Below are positions 1-5,607 of a stretch of 32,000 nt of DNA, piece by piece. This DNA is from an uncultured Planctomycetia bacterium (GTDB lineage Bacteria > Omnitrophota > Gorgyraeia > Duberdicusellales > 4484-171). Location of the stretch: positions 1 through 32,000 of the forward strand of contig CAZHYN010000006.1 in the NCBI GenBank assembly GCA_964536865.1, read 5' to 3'. Both the position numbers and the translations under genes were made by a program. How positions within the stretch are numbered: the first letter of the stretch is position 1; the number at the start of each line of letters is the position of its first letter. A model generated the notes under the pieces. It was not told the DNA's origin. It saw nothing but the letters and a program-made list of their open reading frames with translations, and did no database searches.

Positions 1-215
1 CTTATGAGGGGCGATCCTTGATGGGCCATTTAAAAATAAATAAATTTCTTCTTTGGTCATACTCTAGGGGTGACAGCAAGCCGTGTTTAACTACCTCGGA
101 TTTACTTATAGGCTTGCGTCAGAGGGGCAGAGCCCCTATGAGGAGCGTAAGCGACAGGGCCGTAGTTTCCGCCAAAGGCGGACCCGCTTATGAGCGGGCA
201 GCAGGGAGTAAGTTG
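1..215 (+). ncRNA. GC-rich structured RNA, truncated by the window edge. Possibly the 3' portion of bacterial RNase P RNA (unconfirmed).
   Basis: Positions ~60-215 are much more GC-rich than the surrounding genome. They contain consecutive perfect hairpins: GGGGC-AGA-GCCCC, TCCGCC-AAA-GGCGGA and CCCGCT-TATG-AGCGGG. There is weak colinear resemblance to the type-A RNase P 3' third: ACTCTAGGGGTGACAGCAAGCC vs AACTCCACCCGGAGCAAGGCC, TAGGCTTGCGTCAGAG vs TAGGCTGCTTGAG, and GGACCCGCTTAT vs GAACCCGGCTTAT. The universally conserved ACAGAA is not cleanly present. The 92-aa ORF at 18..296 has a composition unlike the Lys/Glu/Ile-rich proteins of this window. Confidence 0.35.
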
Positions 216-319
216 TCTGCAACGTTAAGTTGCAGTATTCTTAAATATACAACTTCCTCCATTGTTTATGATGTTAAAGATAGGCTGTCTCTTTAAAATA
301 GAAGCTAAAGAAAAGTGAT

Positions 320-392
320 GGGGTCGTAGTTCAGCGGGGAGAACGCCTGCTTCGCATGCAGGAGGGCGCCGGTTCGAATCCGGTCGACTCCA
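320..392 (+). tRNA. tRNA-Ala (anticodon CGC), 73 nt, 3' CCA not encoded
   Basis: Hand-folded cloverleaf. Acceptor stem GGGGTCG/CGACTCC carries the alanine identity pair G3:U70. D stem GTTC/GAAC, anticodon stem CCTGC/GCAGG with loop TTCGCAT (anticodon CGC), T stem GCCGG/CCGGT with loop TTCGAAT, discriminator A. The gene is followed by TCT, not CCA. Confidence 0.95.
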
Positions 393-436
393 TCTACAAA
401 ACACTTTCTAAGAAGATAGATAGGGGGTTACTTACT

Positions 437-1891
437 ATGTTAAAAATAATATATTTCTTTATAGGATTAATTATTTCCTTCTCTGTTTATCCTCAGATAA
501 TTAAGGATTACGAATTTGCTGGTTCTTTCTACCCTAAAGATAAAAAGGAGTTAACTAAGCAGGTGGATTTTTATCTAAATATGGCTTCTTCTTCAGTTGA
601 GGGGGAAGTTTTAGGGGTGATTTCTCCTCATGCAGGATATGGTTTTTCTGGAGAAGTTGCTGGGTTTAGCTATAAGGTATTAGAAGGTAAAAAATTTGAT
701 AGTGTAATTCTCCTTGGTCCTTCCCACCAATATCTGTTTGAAGGTATGGCTATCTGGGAGAAAGGAGCCTTTTCTACTCCTTTAGGAGTTATAAAGATAG
801 ATGAGGCCTTAGTTAGAGAACTTTCTAAGTTGGAATGTGTAAGGTTTGAAAAAAAATATTTTTTCCATGAGCATTGTTTAGAGGTACAGCTACCCTTTCT
901 TATGAGAGTATTAAAAGATTTCAAAATAGTCCCTGTTCTCTTTGGGAAACTATCCTATCAAGATTTAGAGAAATTTGCTAATAGATTAATGGAGGCTTCT
1001 GGTAAAAAGAGAATTCTTATAGTAGTTTCAACGGATTTCTCTCATTATCATCCTTATCGAGAAGCAGTGAAGATTGATAGAGAGACTATAGGTTATATAG
1101 AAAGAAAGGATGCTACTCGGCTTTGGCTTTCGTTACAGCTAAATGAGCAGAGGGCTTGTGGAATCTACCCATTAATTTCTTTTCTTATCTATGCTAACAA
1201 AGTAGGGGGGGAGGTTAAAATTTTAAAATACGCTAACTCTGGAGATACCTACCCTTCCTTAGGTAAGGAAAGGGTAGTGGGATATTTAAGTGCTGTTGTT
1301 TATAAGAAAAGTAAGGAGGATGGAATGTCTGATTACCAATTAACTAAAGATGAAAAAGTCACTTTACTTAAGATAGCTAGAGCTACTTTGGAGAGTTACT
1401 TAAAGGAAGGGAAACTTCCCAAATTTGAGGTGAGCTCTCTTAGGTTAAAAGAAAAAAGGGGAGTGTTTGTTACTCTGAAGAAAAAAGGAGATTTGCGTGG
1501 TTGTATTGGAAGAATCGTTGCTGATATCCCTCTCTATGAAGCAGTTTCTAAGATGGCAATTGAGTCGGCTACCGGGGATCCTCGCTTTCCTCCTGTGCGT
1601 TGGGAGGAGTTGAAAGATATAGAGATCGAGATCTCTGTACTTTCTCCTTTTGAGAAGGTGGAGAATTTAGATGAGATCCAAGTAGGTAGGGATGGACTTA
1701 TGATTAAGAAGGGGCTTTACTCTGGGCTTCTCTTGCCTCAAGTACCCTTAGAATATAACTGGGATAAGGTTACTTTTCTCCACCATCTTTGTCTTAAAGC
1801 AGGATTACCTCCTCAGGCTTATAAGGATAAAGATGCTGTCATCTACAAATTTACTGCTTTGGTATTCTCTGAATCCGAGTTAATGAAGTGA
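437..1891 (+). CDS. Fusion protein: Memo-like (AmmeMemoRadiSam system protein B) N-terminal domain plus AMMECR1 (protein A) C-terminal domain, with a hydrophobic N-terminal segment
   Basis: The start was moved to ATG 437 because the ORF-track start at 356 lies inside the tRNA; GGGGG sits 8 nt upstream. Memo motifs: AGSFYP, ISPHAGY, STDFSHYH, HCLEVQLPF, ACG. AMMECR1 motifs: GVFVTL, LRGCIG, DPRFPPV, LLPQV. The first ~20 aa (MLKIIYFFIGLIISFSVYPQ) are hydrophobic. Confidence 0.85.
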   Translation: MLKIIYFFIGLIISFSVYPQIIKDYEFAGSFYPKDKKELTKQVDFYLNMASSSVEGEVLGVISPHAGYGFSGEVAGFSYKVLEGKKFDSVILLGPSHQYLFEGMAIWEKGAFSTPLGVIKIDEALVRELSKLECVRFEKKYFFHEHCLEVQLPFLMRVLKDFKIVPVLFGKLSYQDLEKFANRLMEASGKKRILIVVSTDFSHYHPYREAVKIDRETIGYIERKDATRLWLSLQLNEQRACGIYPLISFLIYANKVGGEVKILKYANSGDTYPSLGKERVVGYLSAVVYKKSKEDGMSDYQLTKDEKVTLLKIARATLESYLKEGKLPKFEVSSLRLKEKRGVFVTLKKKGDLRGCIGRIVADIPLYEAVSKMAIESATGDPRFPPVRWEELKDIEIEISVLSPFEKVENLDEIQVGRDGLMIKKGLYSGLLLPQVPLEYNWDKVTFLHHLCLKAGLPPQAYKDKDAVIYKFTALVFSESELMK

Positions 1892-1897
1892 TTTTGT

Positions 1898-2617
1898 ATG
1901 TCCAGAATAAGAGTTTACCTCCCTCCACAGAGAGTAAAAGAAAATATTTCTATCCAGGAGAAGGAGATTCTCCATAGAATAAAGGATGTCCTCCGCTTAA
2001 AAGAAGGAAGTTCTCTGTTTATATTCGATGGCCAAGGAAGAGAGTATCTTTATACATTAATAAAAATAAGAAGAGAGAGTATAGAGATTAGAAAAATTAG
2101 GTTGGTGAGGAAAGAGCCTGAACCAACAATTCGTATCCTCCTAGCTTTTCCTTTGATGAGAGAGACAAAGTTAGACTTAATTTTTCAGAGATGTACAGAG
2201 TTAGGTGTCTTTAGATTTTTGCCTTTCCTTGCCCAGCGAAGTGTAATTAGAAAGTTTCCCTCCCCTTTCAAATTACTGAGATGGAGAAAAATTGTAGAGG
2301 AAGCAGCTCGTCAATCTAATCGACTATGGCTTCCAAAAGTTGAAGAAGTGAGAGATTTTGATGGAGTTATTAGAGAGAAAGCGGATCTTAAAGTAGCTGC
2401 ATATCCTAAAGGAGATTTTCTCTTTGAAGTATTTAAAAAAGGTAAACACTCTCAGATACTTGTTATAATTGGTCCTGAAGGTGACTTTTCTCATAAGGAG
2501 TTAGAAAAGTTAAAAGAGCATAACTTCTTATTTTTTCGTCTATCTCCAAATATTCTAAGAAGCGAAACTTCGGCTATTTTTTCTGTAGGGTTAATTAACT
2601 ATTTATTATTTCTATGA
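1898..2617 (+). CDS. rsmE: 16S rRNA (uracil1498-N3)-methyltransferase RsmE
   Basis: 239 aa. The C-terminal SPOUT-type motif IIGPEGDFSHKELEKL plus LSPNILRSETSA is typical of RsmE. It sits directly upstream of the mtaB-like gene, as in the conserved rsmE-mtaB gene pair. Confidence 0.85.
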   Translation: MSRIRVYLPPQRVKENISIQEKEILHRIKDVLRLKEGSSLFIFDGQGREYLYTLIKIRRESIEIRKIRLVRKEPEPTIRILLAFPLMRETKLDLIFQRCTELGVFRFLPFLAQRSVIRKFPSPFKLLRWRKIVEEAARQSNRLWLPKVEEVRDFDGVIREKADLKVAAYPKGDFLFEVFKKGKHSQILVIIGPEGDFSHKELEKLKEHNFLFFRLSPNILRSETSAIFSVGLINYLLFL

Positions 2618-3852
2618 GAGTTAAATTTATTACCTTGGGATGTAAGGTTAATCAGTACGAGACACAAGCTTTGATGGAAGAGTTTCAGAGAGAGGGATTT
2701 GAAGTCACTCCCCACCAAGCAGATCTCTGTATAGTAAATACTTGCACAGTAACTCATCGTGCAGATAAAAAGTCAGAAGCAGCACTCTTAAAAGCAAAAA
2801 AGGAGAATCCTTATGCCAAACTGGTAGCTTTAGGGTGCTTTGCTCATCCAGAGAATAGAGAGAGATTAAAGAAGTTAGGTGTAGATTATGTAGTTTCTCA
2901 GGAAGAGAAACCGCATCTGGTAGACATTATTTTAGGCAGAAAAAACTTTAGTAAAAGCATATGGTCTCTTAAGATAACTTCTTTTTTTAATAGACGTGCA
3001 TTTTTAAAAATTCAGGATGGCTGTGACAATTTTTGTAGTTTCTGTAAAATTCCCTATTTAAGAGGGGCCCCATCATCTCGTCCTAAAGAGGATATTTTAA
3101 GGGAGGCTGAGAGGTTATCTTTAAAACATCCTGAGATTGTTCTCTGTGGAACTAATATCGCTCTTTATGGGAAAGATTTATCTTTTAAAGAAAGCTTAGT
3201 CTCTTTGACTAAAGAGATTTTAAAGATCAGGAGTTTGGAGAGGATAAGGTTTAGTTCTTTAGAGCCTTGGGAGGTAAATAGTGATTTTTTTTCATTTTTT
3301 AAGAGTGAAAATGTATGTCCTCATCTTCATTTTCCTTTTCAGAGTGGAGATGACCGTATTCTTAAGTTAATGAATAAAAAAGAGACAGTTACCTTTTACT
3401 TAGATACTGTGGAAAGAGTACGTAAGATCAACCCTTCATTAGCTATAAGTTGCGATATTATGGTGGGTTTTCCCTCGGAAGATGAAAATAGTTTTTCTAG
3501 GACTTTAGATTTTTTGAGAAAAGTAAGGCCAATGCGGATGCATATTTTTAGATTTTCTCCTCGAGAGTTCACTGTTTTTAAGAAGAGCGAAGTTAAAGAT
3601 GAGAGGAAAATTAAGTTAAGATACAAGGTACTAAAAGAGATGGCTGAAGAGTTTTCCTATCAGTATAAGAGGCAATTTTTGCACCAAATCCTCCATATGG
3701 TTACTGAGGAGGTAAGTTGTGGTCTAACCTGTGGTTATACAGAGAATTATATAAAAGTGTTTGTAGATGAGAGACTTCCTTTAGGTGAGATAGTAAAAAT
3801 AAAAGTAACGAAAGTAGATAGAGAAAAAGTCTATGGTAAGTTAGCTAAGTAA
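2614..3852 (+). CDS. mtaB: MiaB-like tRNA methylthiotransferase (MtaB-type, radical SAM)
   Basis: The N-terminal UPF0004 domain (KFITLGCKVNQYETQ, NTCTVT) is present. The radical-SAM cluster motif is CDNFCSFCKIP (CxxxCxxC). The C terminus is TRAM-like (YIKVFVD...VKIKVTKV). ATGA overlap with the rsmE stop. Confidence 0.85.
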   Translation: MRVKFITLGCKVNQYETQALMEEFQREGFEVTPHQADLCIVNTCTVTHRADKKSEAALLKAKKENPYAKLVALGCFAHPENRERLKKLGVDYVVSQEEKPHLVDIILGRKNFSKSIWSLKITSFFNRRAFLKIQDGCDNFCSFCKIPYLRGAPSSRPKEDILREAERLSLKHPEIVLCGTNIALYGKDLSFKESLVSLTKEILKIRSLERIRFSSLEPWEVNSDFFSFFKSENVCPHLHFPFQSGDDRILKLMNKKETVTFYLDTVERVRKINPSLAISCDIMVGFPSEDENSFSRTLDFLRKVRPMRMHIFRFSPREFTVFKKSEVKDERKIKLRYKVLKEMAEEFSYQYKRQFLHQILHMVTEEVSCGLTCGYTENYIKVFVDERLPLGEIVKIKVTKVDREKVYGKLAK

Positions 3853-3854
3853 GT

Positions 3855-3923
3855 ATGCGTCTTAATCGCTTCTTAGCTTGGTGCGGAGTTAATTCCCCAA
3901 GAAAGGCTGATCAGATAATATAG
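3855..3923 (+). pseudogene. 22-codon stub resembling the N-terminus (S4 domain start) of an RluB/RsuA-family pseudouridine synthase. The rest of the gene is absent.
   Basis: Translation is MRLNRFLAWCGVNSPRKADQII*. This matches the very stereotyped N-terminus M(R/K)LNK(F/Y)LAxxGVxSRRKA(D/E)xLI of S4-domain pseudouridine synthases. The ATG lies 2 nt after the mtaB stop. No continuation is seen in any frame before gmhB. Confidence 0.5.
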
Positions 3924-3932
3924 GAAGATTTA

Positions 3933-3960
3933 TTGCTCTTTTGTATTTCTCTGGTAAGAT
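3933..3960 (+). promoter_or_regulatory. Candidate sigma70-type promoter for gmhB (TTGCTC, 16-nt spacer, extended -10 TGgTAAGAT)
   Basis: TTGCTC at 3933-3938; TG at 3952-3953 followed by TAAGAT at 3955-3960. This is the only sizeable untranslated gap (3853-3986) in the first 11 kb. The -35 is weak. Confidence 0.25.
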
Positions 3961-3986
3961 AATTATCTAACTTAATCTATAGTAAG

Positions 3987-4535
3987 ATGAAGGTGGTATT
4001 TTTAGATCGTGATGGAGTGATAAATAAGTATCCAGGCGATACCCGTTACGTAACTAGATGGGAGGAATTTAAGTTTATTCCTGGGAGTATAGAAGCGATT
4101 GCTAAGTTTAACGAGAAAGGGTTTAATGTTTTTATAGTTTCCAATCAGGCAGGAGTAGGCAAAGGTCTTTACTCAGAAAAGGAGTTAAATAGAATTACTA
4201 AGAATATGGTAAAGATTATGAAGAGAAAGAATGCCGAAGTAACTGGCATCTATTACTGCACGCATCGTCCTCAGGATAATTGTTTTTGTAGGAAACCTAA
4301 GACAGGCCTCTTAGTGAGAGCTTTAAAAGATTTTGGCTTAAGCCCAACAGTTTCCTTTCTTATCGGCGATTCCATGGTAGATATAGAAACTGCTAAAAAT
4401 TTTGGGATAAAGTCTGTACTTCTCCTTTCAGGAAAGGAGAAAATTTCTCATCAGGAAAAATGGCCATTCAAGCCTGATTACATTTTTGATAACCTCCTTA
4501 TTGCTTCTTATTATTTATGTTCCCACTATGAATGA
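3987..4535 (+). CDS. gmhB: D-glycero-D-manno-heptose 1,7-bisphosphate phosphatase (HAD-IIIA, GmhB-like)
   Basis: HAD motif I FLDRDGVIN and motif II VSNQ are present. The zinc-binding insert CxHx6CxC (YYCTHRPQDNCFCRKPKTGL) is characteristic of the GmhB/histidinol-phosphatase subfamily. GDS.VD motif present. Confidence 0.8.
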   Translation: MKVVFLDRDGVINKYPGDTRYVTRWEEFKFIPGSIEAIAKFNEKGFNVFIVSNQAGVGKGLYSEKELNRITKNMVKIMKRKNAEVTGIYYCTHRPQDNCFCRKPKTGLLVRALKDFGLSPTVSFLIGDSMVDIETAKNFGIKSVLLLSGKEKISHQEKWPFKPDYIFDNLLIASYYLCSHYE

Positions 4536-5607
4536 TAAAATTTTAGTGGTATACGCCTCTTGTGGTCAGGGACATAAAAGATGTGCTTATGCTTTAAAAG
4601 AAACATTGGGTTGTTGCTGTGTTGATATTTTGGATTTCACGCCTTACCTATTTAGACTAATTTATACTCAAGGATACCGATTAGTTAGTGGAAACTTAAA
4701 GTGGGTGTGGTTTTCTATCTTTCAAGTTACTTCCTTCTCTGTTATGAGGAATTTACTTTCCTTGTTCCATCTAATTATTTTTAAAAGATTCTTGAAATTT
4801 CTTTATTCTTGCTCCCCCCCAGCAGTTATTTCTACACATTTTTTTCCTTCCAATTTAATTGCTACTTCTAAAAAGAGAGGGAAGATAAGGAATTATGTCG
4901 TAGTTACAGACTTTGGCGTCCATCCTCTATGGATAACCAAAGGTATAGATACATATTTTGTAGCCTTTTCTGAGACTGGAAAGATTCTGGAGAAAAAGGG
5001 AGTAGAGAGAGAAAAGATATTCGCAAGTGGACTTCCTTTGAGGAGGGGATTTTTCAAAGAAGAAGATAGAGAATTTTTGAAAAGGAAATTTTTTATTAAT
5101 GATAATGAGGCACTTCTGTTTTTTTCTAGCGACACAGGTCAGATACCTTTCTTAGAGGCAATTTTAGAGAAGTTAAAAGAAGAGTTTTGTATATTTATAA
5201 TTTATGGAAAAAATAGAAAGTTAAAAGCCTATTTAAGAAAATATTTAGGTTTACATAGAGTAAAGGTTTATCCGTGGTATGAAAATATCTGGGAGATTAT
5301 GAAGGTAAGTCTTTGTGCAATTACCAAGCCAGGGGGATTAACTGTGTTTGAAGCAATAAAGGTAAAGCTCCCTCTAATTTTTTCTTCCTATGTATGGGGA
5401 CAGGAAAAGTACAATATGGATTTTGTTATTCGCTATGGGTGGGGATTTTTCGCAGAAAGCCCCGATGATTTAATAAGGAAGATATATTATGTAAGAGATA
5501 ATAAAGAAAGGATAAAGAAAAGGTTTCCTCCTTTGGTTAGAGATGCCTCTTTTCTAATAAAAGAGTATATCTACAGTAAAATAGGCTATGAAGAGAAGGA
5601 TTACTAA
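4528..5607 (+). CDS. GT-B glycosyltransferase, MGDG-synthase/UgtP-like (GT28 family)
   Basis: The N-terminus KILVVYASCGQGHKRCAYAL corresponds to the G-x-GH loop of the MGDG_synth domain. The C-terminal donor-binding motif is ITKPGGLTVFEAIKVKLPLI. ATG 4528 is preferred over the track's TTG at 4486 and gives an ATGAATGA overlap with the gmhB stop. Confidence 0.75.
   Translation: MNDKILVVYASCGQGHKRCAYALKETLGCCCVDILDFTPYLFRLIYTQGYRLVSGNLKWVWFSIFQVTSFSVMRNLLSLFHLIIFKRFLKFLYSCSPPAVISTHFFPSNLIATSKKRGKIRNYVVVTDFGVHPLWITKGIDTYFVAFSETGKILEKKGVEREKIFASGLPLRRGFFKEEDREFLKRKFFINDNEALLFFSSDTGQIPFLEAILEKLKEEFCIFIIYGKNRKLKAYLRKYLGLHRVKVYPWYENIWEIMKVSLCAITKPGGLTVFEAIKVKLPLIFSSYVWGQEKYNMDFVIRYGWGFFAESPDDLIRKIYYVRDNKERIKKRFPPLVRDASFLIKEYIYSKIGYEEKDY

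Noticed and set aside
18-296. 92-aa ORF at the left edge as a protein-coding gene
   Set aside because: Its composition (Arg/Gly/Ala/Ser-rich) is unlike every other protein in the window. It lies over GC-rich stem-loops, has no SD and resembles no known family. It is better explained as a frame running through a structured RNA.
356-436. N-terminal extension of the Memo/AMMECR1 ORF (track start at 356)
   Set aside because: Positions 356-392 are inside the well-folded tRNA-Ala gene. The internal ATG 437 has a G-rich SD and begins the hydrophobic N-terminus.
670-924. Antisense ORFs embedded in + strand genes: 670-924, 3396-3626, 4893-5135, 6104-6316, 9739-10038, 10241-10441, 12943-13149, 16066-16314, 20421-20612, 20557-20796, 21088-21288, 22863-23156, 25515-25703, 28594-28785
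   Set aside because: All are 62-99 aa and lie wholly inside confidently identified sense-strand genes. They have low-complexity Ser/Leu/Phe/Lys-rich translations typical of the reverse frame of AT-rich, purine-rich coding DNA, and none has a recognisable motif or SD.
2614-3852. The radical-SAM gene two positions downstream as the missing AmmeMemoRadiSam activase
   Set aside because: It has the MiaB/MtaB architecture (N-terminal UPF0004 domain with its own Cys triad, radical-SAM core, C-terminal TRAM-like domain). It also forms the conserved rsmE-mtaB pair, so it is a tRNA methylthiotransferase, not the dedicated partner.
5469-5498. dif-like sequence (TATATTATGTAAGA resembles the XerD arm TATATTATGTTAAAT)
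   Set aside because: It lies inside the glycosyltransferase CDS, the left arm shows no convincing inverted symmetry, and such AT-only strings are expected by chance in this genome.
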